A stretch of 64,000 nt of DNA, taken from contig NZ_CALIIU010000022.1 in assembly GCF_938017775.1 (NCBI RefSeq), positions 2,683-66,682 on the forward strand. Direction: 5' to 3'. Both the position numbers and the translations under genes were made by a program. Positions within the stretch are counted from its first letter, which is position 1. Each line of letters begins with the position of its first letter. This DNA comes from an uncultured Campylobacter sp. Lineage in GTDB: Bacteria > Campylobacterota > Campylobacteria > Campylobacterales > Campylobacteraceae. Positions 48,050 to 58,677 of the stretch are shown in pieces. The notes below the pieces were generated by a model. It saw only the letters and a list, made by a program, of their open reading frames with translations. It searched no databases and was not told the origin of the DNA.

Positions 48050-50419
48050 ATGAAAAAGGGTAAAATTTTACTCTCTTTGGCGCTACTTTGCTCGCCGTTT
48101 TGGCTTACTGCGGCGCAAAATAGTGGCACTTCTCAAAACTCGTCCGTCGCGAGCTCCACCTCTAAAATTTCGTCATCGCAAAGCTCTGTGCAAAAGCCTG
48201 GAAGTCGCCCTACCACTGTAAATTCCATGCCGCAAAGCGGTAGCGCGGCAAATTCTACGCTGCAGGGTTTGGACGGCGATAATCTCGGCACCATAAACGT
48301 CACGGGCAAAGCCGATCTGTCCACTACCGAGGGCACCGGCTCGTATACGACGGGTAATATGAGCACCGCGACGGGGCTAAATTTAAGCATAAGAGAGACG
48401 CCGCAATCCATAAGCGTCATCTCCAATCAGCTTTTAAAAGATCTGGGCCTGCACAACGCCGAAGAGGCTCTTTCAAAATACGCCACCGGCATTTCGCTAA
48501 ATAACGACGCAGGCGGCAATCGCATCGTCTCGCGCGGCTTTTATGTGGATAATATCCAAGAAGATGGCATCGCAAGCTCGGTTTCTAGCTCCGTGTTCGG
48601 GCCGCTGGGCTCATCGAAGGAATTTACCGATTTGGAATTCTACGATCGCGTCGAGGTTCTGCGCGGCGTAGCGGGCCTTACGCAAAGCAACGGCGAGCCC
48701 GGCGGCACGATAAATTTAATCCGAAAGCGCCCGAGCGATCAGTTCGGCTTTAACGCAAGTCTAAGCGGCGGTAGCTGGGATAATTATCGCGGCATGATCG
48801 ACGTAACGGACGCGGTAAATCAAAGCGGTACGGCACGCGCGCGGTTGATCGGAATTTTAAGTAAAACGGGCTCGTTTAAGGACTATCCGCGCAACGGCTA
48901 TCGCGAAGGCGTCGGCGTTTCGACGGAATTTGACGTGGCCGATAAGACGCTTCTTAGCGCGGGATTTTTGTGGCAAAAAACCGTCGGCGTCTATGACATT
49001 TACGGCGTGCCCGTTTTAGACAATCATGGAAATTTACTGAATTTACCGCGCAGAAGCTACTTCGGCTCGGATTGGGACAGAAGCGAATATAAAAAATTTA
49101 ACGCCTACAGCGAACTTTCGCACGAATTTAGCGATGATCTGAAAGCCTATGCGAGGCTCAATTATACCGATAGCGACAGCATGTTAAAATTCGGAGCGCT
49201 CGGCGGGGCAAATCCTTACAACGGTACTACGTCGCATACGGTGCGATATAGAATTTACGATAACGACTCCAAGGAGATCGGGTTTCAAACGGGGCTAGAC
49301 GGCAAATTCGAAGCATTCGGGCAGAAGCACGACTTTTTCTTAAACGGCTCGCTTAGCAACGAAAAACTTAATTGGCGCGAGACTAGGACGAGAGATTCAT
49401 CTATGGCGTCGCTAGGGATGAATATTTATAACTGGGACCGCTCAAGGATCGCTCAGCCCGATTGGAGCAGTGCCGCTACGTTTAAAGACCGAAGCTCCAC
49501 TACCATAAAGCAGCGCGCGATCTCGCTCGGGACTAGATTAAACTTAACCGACGATTTTCACTTTTTGCTCGGCGGGCGCTTTTCGAAAGTAGCCTATAGC
49601 AGGTATTATTATAATATTTTGCGCGGTACGGCTTCGCATAGCGCGAGCCCGAGCAAATCGGATTTTACGCCGTATGTGGGAGTGGTCTGGGATTTTGCGG
49701 ATAATTTTTCGTGGTACGCAAGCTATGCCGAAATTTTTAAGCCGCAAGCCGCGCGCGACAAGGACGGTAAAATTTTAGATCCCGTCGTCGGCTATAATTT
49801 AGAAACCGGCGTGAAGGGAGAATTTTTTGACGGCGCGCTTAATACGAATGTCGTGCTGTTTCAGATCATTCAGAAAAATAGAGCGATGACCGACCCCCTT
49901 AATACGAACTATTCCATCGCCGAGGGCAAAGTGCGAAGCCGCGGCGTGGATGCCGAGGTGCAAGGCTCGCTCACTGAGAATTGGAAATTATTCGCAGGAT
50001 ATACTTTCAACCGCAGCGTCTATTTAAAGACGGAAAGAACCTCCGCAGCGGTCGATTATAGCAAGGGCGCAAACGCCAAACGCTACATTCCGAAGCATCT
50101 GTTTAAGCTCTATACGAACTATGAAATTCTGCTCGGCGAAAATCGTAAGATCGCCCTGGGTACGGGCGTGCGCTATCAGAGCAAAACCGCTTCGATATAT
50201 CGCGAAAACGTTGCGTATTACGCCGCGCCGCAAAAGGCTTACGCGCTGTGGGACGCGAACGTCGGCTATCATTTCGACAAGCACTTTAGCGTAAATTTTG
50301 CGGTCAAAAACATCACGGATAAGAAGTATTTTCAAAACACGCAAAATCGCGTCGCTGGGCATAACAACTACTACGGCGAGCCGCGGAATTTTATGTTGAC
50401 GCTTAATTATACATATTAG
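48050..50419 (+). CDS. TonB-dependent siderophore receptor (FhuE/FpvA-like)
   Basis: GSYTT...LSIRETPQSISVI, YDRVEVLRG..GL..GEPGGTINLIRKRP, GEPRNFMLTLNYTY. Confidence 0.95.
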   Translation: MKKGKILLSLALLCSPFWLTAAQNSGTSQNSSVASSTSKISSSQSSVQKPGSRPTTVNSMPQSGSAANSTLQGLDGDNLGTINVTGKADLSTTEGTGSYTTGNMSTATGLNLSIRETPQSISVISNQLLKDLGLHNAEEALSKYATGISLNNDAGGNRIVSRGFYVDNIQEDGIASSVSSSVFGPLGSSKEFTDLEFYDRVEVLRGVAGLTQSNGEPGGTINLIRKRPSDQFGFNASLSGGSWDNYRGMIDVTDAVNQSGTARARLIGILSKTGSFKDYPRNGYREGVGVSTEFDVADKTLLSAGFLWQKTVGVYDIYGVPVLDNHGNLLNLPRRSYFGSDWDRSEYKKFNAYSELSHEFSDDLKAYARLNYTDSDSMLKFGALGGANPYNGTTSHTVRYRIYDNDSKEIGFQTGLDGKFEAFGQKHDFFLNGSLSNEKLNWRETRTRDSSMASLGMNIYNWDRSRIAQPDWSSAATFKDRSSTTIKQRAISLGTRLNLTDDFHFLLGGRFSKVAYSRYYYNILRGTASHSASPSKSDFTPYVGVVWDFADNFSWYASYAEIFKPQAARDKDGKILDPVVGYNLETGVKGEFFDGALNTNVVLFQIIQKNRAMTDPLNTNYSIAEGKVRSRGVDAEVQGSLTENWKLFAGYTFNRSVYLKTERTSAAVDYSKGANAKRYIPKHLFKLYTNYEILLGENRKIALGTGVRYQSKTASIYRENVAYYAAPQKAYALWDANVGYHFDKHFSVNFAVKNITDKKYFQNTQNRVAGHNNYYGEPRNFMLTLNYTY

Positions 50420-50585
50420 GTGCGGATGGAATTTTGCGCTTATGTGAATTTGGACAAACTCCCTCGCACGCGGTTGCGGATAAATTCCGCGCTTTATAAG
50501 AGCGCGGATGAAGCGGGTGCAGAGGCGAGAGGCTAAGCTTTGTCGCAAGTAGCACGTAGCGAGGCGGGTAAAATTTGAACGAAGC

Positions 50586-50760
50586 CGCGGGATTAAAATT
50601 TAACTCACGATTTGGTTGATTAACGATTGATTGGCGCGGGCGATCGCGGGCGATGCGGGCGATAAATTTAATCCCGCGAAATTCCGAGCAAATTAAACGC
50701 GCAGACTTGCGAGCATAAAATCCGCTCGCGAGCTTGCGGGATCAAATTTAATCCCGCGAT
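50586..50760. repeat. REP-like palindromes GCGGGATYAAATTTAATCCCGC (one half copy, two near-complete copies)
   Basis: CGCGGGATTAAAATTTAA; GCGGGCGATAAATTTAATCCCGCG; GCGGGATCAAATTTAATCCCGCG. Confidence 0.7.
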
Positions 50761-50803
50761 CTCGCTGTAACCGGCGCTAAATTTTAAAATTTAAAGAGAA
50801 AAT

Positions 50804-52981
50804 TTGAAAACGCTAAAGCAATTTTTTGAAATTCTACGTCCGCACTGGTTCGGCAAGGGTGCGGCGAAGCTGTGGGCGCTGCTGCTCGCGCTTGGTTTTA
50901 GCCTCGCTATCATCAAAATCAGCGTGCTGATGAACGCGTGGGACAAGCGTTTTTACGACGCGCTAAGCGAGCTTAAAGGCGAGCTCATTCCCGCGCTCGT
51001 GGGCGAATTTTTGCTCTACACGGCGCTCATCGTGCTTTTCATCGTCTGCAGCAGCTGGCTTCGCAAACTGCTCGTAATCGTCTGGCGCGAGCGGCTAAGC
51101 GCGATGATGGAGCGCAAATGGCTACATAACGCAAACTTCTACCGCACGAGCCTTGATGGAAATTTTAGCGCCAGGGGCGGATCAAATTTAGAAAAACCTG
51201 GCGACGTAAATTTAGATAAAAATTTAAACGAGCGCGCAGAGTGTTCCGCAGTCGAAGCGGACAGCGCGGTTTTGCATAGAGACGCAAAGGAGCTTGAAAT
51301 TTTACCGAGCACGGCGGAGCAAAATACAGCAGGGCAAAGCGGCGCAAGCGAGAATGAAAATTTAAACGATCGTAGCGACGAGAATTTTAAAAATTCAAAA
51401 AACGCCGATAATACTAAAGCATATTTGGAGCAGGATACGGATGGCTTAAACGAATGCGTGGGCTCTGCGAGCGATCGCGCAGAGTATCTTGCAAGCGAGG
51501 CGAGCGGCACCGGTGTGAACGAAAATTTAAACCAGCAGCGTGAGGAAGATTTTAAAGAATATTGGGGACGAGATACGGGTAATTTAAACGAACGTGCGGC
51601 GTCCGTGAGGGCGCGGGCTGGGTGCCCCGCAATCGAAGCGGATGCCAAAGGTTCGTTTAAAGCTTCCGAAGACCGGGGAATTGCAAAGCTAGACAACCCC
51701 GATCAGCGTATCGCAGAGGACAGCTTGCTGCTCGTGCAAAAAAGCGTCGATCTCGTAAAATCGCTCGTCTATAATCTCGCCAAGCTCATCGCCTTCGTCG
51801 CGATCCTGTGGCAGGTCTCGAAGGTGCTGAAATTTGAAATTTTCGGCATGCACTTTGAGATCGAAGGCTTTTTGCTCTACGTCGCGCTCCTTTATACGCT
51901 ACTTTGCTCGCTGATTACGCATCTCATCGGGCGCAGGCTTAGGGGGCTAAATTTTGCTAAGCAGCGCGCCGAAGCCGATTACCGCTCGGATCTGCTGCTC
52001 GTGCGCGAAAATGCAGAAGCAGTAGCCTTTATGCGCGGAGAGGATGCCGAGCGCGGCCGCTTCCGCGCGAGCTTCGGCGAGATCGTTAAAAACTGGCGTA
52101 GCATCATGAATACGGAATTTCGCCTCGAATGCTTTTCGGCAAGCTACCTAAAAATCACGAATTTAATCCCGATCTTTGCCTGCTTGCCGCTGTATTTGTC
52201 GCGCGCGATGAGCTTTGGCGACATGATGCAGGCGCGCTCGGCATTTTACAGCGTACAGGACGGATTTGCGTGGTTTATGGACTATTACAAACAGATCATG
52301 GAGTGGGCGGCGAGCGTGCAGAGGATCTATGAGTTCATCTCGCGCATGGACGACGAGAGCGCAAATCTGCGTGCTTGCGTCAAACAAAGCGACGAAAATT
52401 CTGCTCGTTGCGAGGGCTTGTCGGTCTTCACGCCTGCGGGCGAGCCGCTGATCGAGGATCTACGCTTCGAGCTTGCGCCCGCGCAGTTTATAATGCTGCG
52501 AGGCAAGAGCGGCGCGGGCAAAAGCACGGCTCTGCGCTACGCAGCGGGTCTTTGGCGATATGGCCGCGGCGAGATCAGTCTGCCGCGCACGGGCGTGATG
52601 TTTATCCCGCAAAAGCCCTATCTAGCGCCGCTTAGCCTAAAAGAGCTTATTTCCTATCCGCAGCCGCCGCGCGCAGCCGCCGCGGAATTTTTAGAAATTT
52701 TACGCCGCGTAGGGCTTAAGAAATTTGCCCGCATGCTAAACTCGCGCGCCGATTACGTTAAAATTTTAAGCGGCGGGGAGGCACAGCGGCTTAGTTTCGC
52801 ACGTATTTATTACCACAAACTGAGCTTTGTTTTCGCAGACGAGATCACGTCCGCGCTCGATCCCGCCTCGGCACGCGAGCTGCTACTGGGTCTACGCGTG
52901 GATCTGCCGAGGCTTGGCATGCTAGCGATCGTGCATCAAGCGGGGCTTGAGGACATATTCGAGCGGATGATAGAGCTTTAA
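50804..52981 (+). CDS. SbmA/BacA/YddA-like ABC transporter (permease plus ATPase) with large insertion
   Basis: WDKRFYDAL, DNPDQRIAED, EADYR..L..VRENAEAVAF, GKSGAGKST, LSGGEAQRL, ADEITSALD. Confidence 0.92.
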   Translation: MKTLKQFFEILRPHWFGKGAAKLWALLLALGFSLAIIKISVLMNAWDKRFYDALSELKGELIPALVGEFLLYTALIVLFIVCSSWLRKLLVIVWRERLSAMMERKWLHNANFYRTSLDGNFSARGGSNLEKPGDVNLDKNLNERAECSAVEADSAVLHRDAKELEILPSTAEQNTAGQSGASENENLNDRSDENFKNSKNADNTKAYLEQDTDGLNECVGSASDRAEYLASEASGTGVNENLNQQREEDFKEYWGRDTGNLNERAASVRARAGCPAIEADAKGSFKASEDRGIAKLDNPDQRIAEDSLLLVQKSVDLVKSLVYNLAKLIAFVAILWQVSKVLKFEIFGMHFEIEGFLLYVALLYTLLCSLITHLIGRRLRGLNFAKQRAEADYRSDLLLVRENAEAVAFMRGEDAERGRFRASFGEIVKNWRSIMNTEFRLECFSASYLKITNLIPIFACLPLYLSRAMSFGDMMQARSAFYSVQDGFAWFMDYYKQIMEWAASVQRIYEFISRMDDESANLRACVKQSDENSARCEGLSVFTPAGEPLIEDLRFELAPAQFIMLRGKSGAGKSTALRYAAGLWRYGRGEISLPRTGVMFIPQKPYLAPLSLKELISYPQPPRAAAAEFLEILRRVGLKKFARMLNSRADYVKILSGGEAQRLSFARIYYHKLSFVFADEITSALDPASARELLLGLRVDLPRLGMLAIVHQAGLEDIFERMIEL

Positions 52982-53864
52982 ATTCGGCCGTTAAAATTTC
53001 ACGCCGCACGGATTTCGCCTTTAAATTCATATCTTTTTAAATCCAGATTTATTAAAATTACTCATTTATACTAAGAGGTGATAAAATTTAGCCTAGGCGC
53101 TAAGTGTTCGCATACATGGGCATCGGCATCCGCGCGGCTAGGCGCTCGCGCGCAGTCGGCGGCATAGCACCGCCGTAAGTAAGTATTTACGGCGCAACGA
53201 GTAGTTCGGAAGTCGGTCGGCAGTGCGCGATCGCGGTTCTGTACGGAAATTTAAGTCGATAAAATTTAAACGCGAGATAGTCTGCTCAATGCAGGGTGTC
53301 TCGATAAAATTTTAGCTACGCGGTGAGCAGTTTGGAAGTCGGTAGACGGCGCGCTAATGAGCGGGCTGCGTAAGCGGTGCGATGCGTAGGCGTCGCGATA
53401 AGTCGGTAGCGCGTCGGATGGCGCGTAACACATCGGCGGCGCGGACGGCACGCCGTAGTCGAGAAGCGGAGCGGTGATACGTACCTACTTGGCGCCGTGT
53501 GACATAACCTTCGCTCGGGCAAATCATCATCGTAACGGCGCTACGATCGAAGCGAACAACGTTACCGTGGCGGCGGATCGGCAGCACAAGGGCGCGGCGT
53601 GATTGCGGCGGCGATAGCATAAAATGCCGCAATATGGCAATCGCGATCGACAGGATGCGTATGTAGGGAAAGCGCAGTGCAAGCAGCGCAAACGTCGCGA
53701 TACGATGATGGCGATCTACGGAGCGTATAGGCAAGCAGCAGTGCGGGCGGCGCAATAACGCCGAGGCGATACGATAGCGGCGACCGACGAGACATAACAC
53801 CGCCGTAGCGTTCGCGTGCGCTACGCCTAAGCCGCTAAATTTTAAAACGAAGCAAGGAGATTTT

Positions 53865-54353
53865 ATGCTTAAAGCGGGGATTGTTTATAAATTTGCGCTC
53901 ATCGTGCTAATAGGCTGCGCGCTTTGCATTTTGGGCTTTTCGGGCGCCTACTTTGCGCGCGGCGAATATGACGAGATGTGGATGAGCCTGCATAAGATCG
54001 CGGGATTGGGTCTGCTTTGCGTCGCGATCTTGCATATAATCACAAGGCGAAAGAAGCTCGTAAAGCTCTGGGGCGAGTTTTTGGACGTGGTTTTGAGCCG
54101 CAAAAATCCCGGTTTTTGCAATATGGATCGCATAATCGGCGCGATCGAGCGCTATAATATCAGAGAAATCGCTAGTAAAATGGGCTTTGAGCCGGACGAG
54201 CTCGCTACGATTTTGAAATCAAACGGTATCAAGCTTATAAGCGCAGATCAGAACCTACGCGAGCTTGCGAAGTTTAACGACGAAAAAATTTTCTTCATCT
54301 TGGTGCTTTTGATCGAGGCAAAATTTGGTAAAGCGGGTGGATGTAAGGTCTAA
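53865..54353 (+). CDS. Hypothetical membrane protein (DUF4405-like, His pair in a TM helix)
   Basis: AAGGAG RBS; WMSLHKIAGLGLLCVAILHI. Confidence 0.65.
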   Translation: MLKAGIVYKFALIVLIGCALCILGFSGAYFARGEYDEMWMSLHKIAGLGLLCVAILHIITRRKKLVKLWGEFLDVVLSRKNPGFCNMDRIIGAIERYNIREIASKMGFEPDELATILKSNGIKLISADQNLRELAKFNDEKIFFILVLLIEAKFGKAGGCKV

Positions 54354-54365
54354 ATTTTAAAAGGC

Positions 54366-55433
54366 TCAATAGCCCGCGTTTGCGATCGCCTCGGCTTGAG
54401 AGTGCGCGATGAGCGGGTCGATGATCTCGTCGAACAAACCGCCCGCCATGATCGCGTCTAGGCGGTAAAGCGTTAAATTTATGCGGTGGTCGCTGATGCG
54501 GTTTTGCGGATAGTTGTAGGTACGAATTCGCCCCGAGCGGTCGCCTGTGCCTACCTGATCCTTGCGATCTTTGCGCTCTTTTTCAAGCCGCTCCTGCTCT
54601 TGCATATCGTAAAGGCGCGCCTTTAGCACCTTCATCGCCGCCTCTTTATTTTTGTGCTGGTCCTTGCCGTCTTGGTTGGTGACGACTAAACCAGTCGGGA
54701 TGTGAGTGATACGAACGGCGCTATCGGTGGTATTTACGGACTGCCCGCCGTGGCCGGAGCTGCGCATAACGTCGATGCGAAGATCGTTCGGATTGATCTG
54801 TATCTCGCTATCCTCGATCTCGGGCATCACGGCGACGGTGATCGCGGAGGTATGCACCCTGCCCTGGCTCTCCGTTTCGGGGACGCGCTGCACGCGGTGA
54901 GTGCCGCCTTCAAATTTCAGCCGCGAATACGCTCCCGCACCCTTTACGAGCAAGATTGCTTCTTTGTAACCGCCGACGCTGCCTTCGCTAGTGCTTACGA
55001 TCTCGCATTTATATCCGCGAAGATCGGCGTAGCGCAGATACGCGCCGAGCAGGTCGCCCGCAAACAGCGCCGCTTCGTCGCCGCCTGTACCGGCGCGGAT
55101 CTCTAAAAAGATATTTTTATCGTCGTTGGGATCTTTCGGAAGCAGTAAAATTTTGATTTTTTCTTCGAGCTGCGGTTTTTGCGTCTCTAAGTTTTTAAGC
55201 TCCTCTTTGGCTAGCTCGCCGAGATCGGCATCGCTTAGCAGGGCTTTGTTTTCTTCGATCTGATTTAAAATTTTAAGATACTCGCTAGCCGCCTCTTTGA
55301 TCGGCTCGATACTGCGCTGCTCCTTAGATAGCGCCGTCATATTAGCGATATCTGCGGTAACGGCGGGATCGCTAAGCATGCGCGAAAGCTCGTCGTAGCG
55401 ATCCAAAAAAGGCTTTAGTTTATCGGCTAGCAT
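54366..55433 (-). CDS. prfA: Peptide chain release factor 1
   Basis: [20 protein letters not shown] (PxT), [15 protein letters not shown]. Confidence 0.98.
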   Translation of the reverse strand: MLADKLKPFLDRYDELSRMLSDPAVTADIANMTALSKEQRSIEPIKEAASEYLKILNQIEENKALLSDADLGELAKEELKNLETQKPQLEEKIKILLLPKDPNDDKNIFLEIRAGTGGDEAALFAGDLLGAYLRYADLRGYKCEIVSTSEGSVGGYKEAILLVKGAGAYSRLKFEGGTHRVQRVPETESQGRVHTSAITVAVMPEIEDSEIQINPNDLRIDVMRSSGHGGQSVNTTDSAVRITHIPTGLVVTNQDGKDQHKNKEAAMKVLKARLYDMQEQERLEKERKDRKDQVGTGDRSGRIRTYNYPQNRISDHRINLTLYRLDAIMAGGLFDEIIDPLIAHSQAEAIANAGY

Positions 55434-55457
55434 TTAAATTTTATGCGCAAGGGGCGC

Positions 55458-55730
55458 TTACGCGGCGGTTTTTAAAGAATTTACGAGTTTGGCTAGGCGG
55501 CTTACTTTTCTGCTCGCGGTCTGTTTTTTCAAAAAGCCCCTGCTTACGAAGCTGTGAAAGCTTTCATTAGCCGTTTTTAGAGCCTGAGTCGCTGCGTCTA
55601 GATCCTTGCTCTCGACCGCCTCTCTTACGGCTTTTGTGATATTTTTTACTCTGGTGCGATAAAATCTATTTCGCTCCGTTCTTTTTATGGTTTGTCTCGC
55701 GCGTTTTTCGGCGGATTTGTGATTTGCCAT
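55458..55730 (-). CDS. rpsT: 30S ribosomal protein S20
   Basis: [22 protein letters not shown]. Confidence 0.98.
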   Translation of the reverse strand: MANHKSAEKRARQTIKRTERNRFYRTRVKNITKAVREAVESKDLDAATQALKTANESFHSFVSRGFLKKQTASRKVSRLAKLVNSLKTAA

Positions 55731-55881
55731 AACGTTCCTTTTCGGTTAAATTTGAACCTGCGATTATACGTAAAAAATATTTAATCGACGCTTAATTTAA
55801 GTAAAATTTAAATATAGTTAAATTTATTAAGATTAAACTTTTTCTGGTAGAATTTCATGATTTTTATACAAGGATTTGATA

Positions 55882-57222
55882 ATGAAACTTTTCGGGACGG
55901 ACGGCGTACGAGGCAAAGCGGGAGAATTTCTAACCGCCGAGCTTGCGATGCGCGTAGCGATGGCAGCGGGAATTTATTTTAGGAAAAATTCCGTTACGAA
56001 TATGATTTTAGTCGGCAAAGATACCCGCAGAAGCGGTTATATGATAGAAACAGCGATCGTAGCAGGCCTTACCTCCGTGGGCTACAATGTCCGCCAGATC
56101 GGGCCGATGCCTACTCCTGCGATTGCCTTTCTCACCGAGGACATGCGCTGCGACGCGGGCATCATGATAAGCGCGAGCCACAATCCATACTACGACAACG
56201 GCATTAAATTTTTCAACAGCGAAGGCTTTAAACTCGACGAAAAAGAGGAAGCGCAGATCGAAAAAATTTACTTCAGCGACGATCTAATCGCCGAGGCGCG
56301 CACCAAAATGATGCAAATCGGCGCCGCAAAGCGCGTGGACGACGTCATCGGCAGATACATTGTGCATATTAAAAATTCCTTCCCGAAGCAAAAGACGCTG
56401 CACGGGCTTCGCGTCGTGCTCGATTGCGCAAACGGAGCAAGCTACAAGGTCGCACCTACCGTATTTAACGAGCTGGGAGCCGAAACTATCGTCATCGGCG
56501 ACGAACCTAACGGCAAAAATATTAATGATGCTTGCGGCGCACTAAGCCCGCAAAATTTAGCCTCGGAGGTCAAAAGATTACGCGCCGATGTCGGGTTTGC
56601 CTTCGACGGGGATGCCGACAGGCTCGTAGTCGTGGATGAAAACGGCGAGATCATCCACGGCGACGCGCTACTTGGAATTTTAGCAGTCTATTTGAAAGGA
56701 AAAAATCGCTTAGCAGGCAATAAAATGGTAGCCACAGTGATGAGTAATTCTGCGCTGGAGGATTTTTTAGCTAAACACGACATCGCGCTTCATCGCTGCA
56801 ATGTAGGCGATAAATTCGTACTTGAGACGATGCACGAGCTAGGCGCAAATTTCGGCGGCGAGCAGAGCGGGCACGTGATCTTCGGCGATTACGCCAAAAC
56901 GGGTGACGGCATCGCAAGCGCGCTGCAATTCGCCGCCTGCATGCTGGATATGAAAAAGAAGGCAAGCGAATTTTCGGGGATGATTAAGCCCTATCCGCAA
57001 ATTTTAAAGAATTTAAAAATTTCGGATAAAAAGCCGCTTGAAAAATTAAAAGGGCTAAAGGAGCTTGAAACAAGCCTTAAAGCGGACAAGATCCGCTCGC
57101 TCTTTCGCTACTCCGGCACCGAAAACGTTATACGCCTCTTAATCGAGGGCAAAAACGAAAAACTGCTGCAAAAGCGAATGGACGAGGTCGAGAAATTTTT
57201 TGCCAAAGCCCTAAATGAATAG
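55882..57222 (+). CDS. glmM: Phosphoglucosamine mutase
   Basis: [35 protein letters not shown]. Confidence 0.98.
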   Translation: MKLFGTDGVRGKAGEFLTAELAMRVAMAAGIYFRKNSVTNMILVGKDTRRSGYMIETAIVAGLTSVGYNVRQIGPMPTPAIAFLTEDMRCDAGIMISASHNPYYDNGIKFFNSEGFKLDEKEEAQIEKIYFSDDLIAEARTKMMQIGAAKRVDDVIGRYIVHIKNSFPKQKTLHGLRVVLDCANGASYKVAPTVFNELGAETIVIGDEPNGKNINDACGALSPQNLASEVKRLRADVGFAFDGDADRLVVVDENGEIIHGDALLGILAVYLKGKNRLAGNKMVATVMSNSALEDFLAKHDIALHRCNVGDKFVLETMHELGANFGGEQSGHVIFGDYAKTGDGIASALQFAACMLDMKKKASEFSGMIKPYPQILKNLKISDKKPLEKLKGLKELETSLKADKIRSLFRYSGTENVIRLLIEGKNEKLLQKRMDEVEKFFAKALNE

Positions 57223-57320
57223 CGATTTTATAAAATTTTACGGCGCGGCAAACTGCCAGCTCCACACGAAAAGCACAGGCAAAAAAGGCAGGCTTTACAT
57301 ATTCAAATTTGGATTGCAAG

Positions 57321-57782
57321 ATGGCTAAAACCTGTATTAAATTTATTCTGCTTTTCGCGGTGATCTTCGCGATCGATCAAGCGATCAAACTTCTGTTTTT
57401 AAACGGCTTTTCATGGCAGGGAGAGTTTTTTTCGCTAGAGCTTACGCTTAACCGCGGCGTTGCGTTTTCGATGTTTGCGTTTTTGGGCGAAAATTTAAAA
57501 TTTATCCAGATCGCGCTGATCTCGGCGCTTGCAGCGTATGTATTTTGTCATAAAAAGCTCTTTTGCGAGCACTGGATGCCGTTTGCGCTGATGCTTGCGG
57601 GAGGCTGTTCGAACCTGCTCGATCGCTTTATTCGCGGCGGCGTTGTGGATTATGTCGCGTGGCATAAATGGTTTGAGTTTGCGGTATTTAATTTTGCCGA
57701 CGTGATGATAGATCTGGCCGTAGTGATTTTTATTTTTCAGGGCTTACGCACCGCAAAAAAGGAGAAAAATGAAGAGAAATAA
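57321..57782 (+). CDS. lspA: Lipoprotein signal peptidase II
   Basis: DQAIK, NRGVAFS, SNLLDRF..GGVVDY, VFNFAD. Confidence 0.96.
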   Translation: MAKTCIKFILLFAVIFAIDQAIKLLFLNGFSWQGEFFSLELTLNRGVAFSMFAFLGENLKFIQIALISALAAYVFCHKKLFCEHWMPFALMLAGGCSNLLDRFIRGGVVDYVAWHKWFEFAVFNFADVMIDLAVVIFIFQGLRTAKKEKNEEK

Positions 57783-58161
57783 TTACATCGCTTACGCACT
57801 TTGGTTTTTAGGTGCGTTTTCATGGATCGCAGCTATGCCGATCGGAGGCGGACTGCATAGAATTTATTGCGGCAAATTTATCAGCGGATTTGCTCAAATC
57901 GCGCTATTTTGGCTGGGAAGTTTTACGCTATGGTTTTTAGTGGGCTTTTTGTTTTGGGCGATTTGGGGAATTTGGATTTTGCTAGATATATTTTTCGTAG
58001 GAATTTGGGTGGAAGATTTAAATGCTTTTGCAAGCGAGACGGAGGAGGACGACTACGAACAGCGTCTGAAAAAGGTCGATGCACTTTATGAGCTGTATCA
58101 AAAAGGCGCGATTTCCAAAGAGGAATTCGAAGCGCGAAAAGAAATTTTAATGAGAGATTAA
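57769..58161 (+). CDS. TM2/NINE domain protein with C-terminal SHOCT domain
   Basis: AYALWF...GLHRIYCG; LYQKGAISKEEFEARK. Confidence 0.85.
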   Translation: MKRNNYIAYALWFLGAFSWIAAMPIGGGLHRIYCGKFISGFAQIALFWLGSFTLWFLVGFLFWAIWGIWILLDIFFVGIWVEDLNAFASETEEDDYEQRLKKVDALYELYQKGAISKEEFEARKEILMRD

Positions 58162-58171
58162 GGAGGCTAAA

Positions 58172-58612
58172 ATGAGTTACTATTGGTTTAAATTTATCCA
58201 TTTTGCGGGCTTTATTTCATGGATGGCGATGCTGTTTTACATGCCGCGTCTGTATGTTTATCACGCTGAAAATTTAGACAAGCCGGATTTCGTAAAGGTC
58301 GTTAAAAAGATGGAGCGGATGCTGTATCACGCGATCGGCTGGATAGCAATGGCGGTGACGGTTTTTAGCGGCGTGATGCTTATCATTTTAAATCCGGGGC
58401 TTATGAAAATGGGATATTTTCATATAAAATTACTAGCCGGAGTTTTGCTAATCTGTTATCATTTGTGGCTGTATTATTATATGTATAAATTTGAAAAAAA
58501 CGAGTATCACAGGAGCGGAAAATACTTCCGTGCGATCAACGAAGGCCCTACGATCATAATGTTTATAATACTTTATGCAATGCTAATAATGCCGAATTTA
58601 CCGAGCAACTAG
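58172..58612 (+). CDS. hemJ: Protoporphyrinogen oxidase HemJ (UPF0093)
   Basis: KFIHFAGFISWMAMLFYMPRLYVYH, MERML, FRAINEGPT. Confidence 0.88.
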   Translation: MSYYWFKFIHFAGFISWMAMLFYMPRLYVYHAENLDKPDFVKVVKKMERMLYHAIGWIAMAVTVFSGVMLIILNPGLMKMGYFHIKLLAGVLLICYHLWLYYYMYKFEKNEYHRSGKYFRAINEGPTIIMFIILYAMLIMPNLPSN

Positions 58613-58677
58613 CCCGTTTTGATAAAAATTTAATTAAAATTTGCATAAAATTAAGGCAAAATTTTTAAAGGAAGCAT

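Noticed and set aside
50024..50548. 174-aa antisense ORF
   Set aside because: Shadow of the TonB receptor 3' end with no independent coding signal
53354..53800. 148-aa minus-strand ORF and overlapping short ORFs
   Set aside because: R/A/P-biased, no RBS or motifs; expected by chance in GC-rich repetitive DNA
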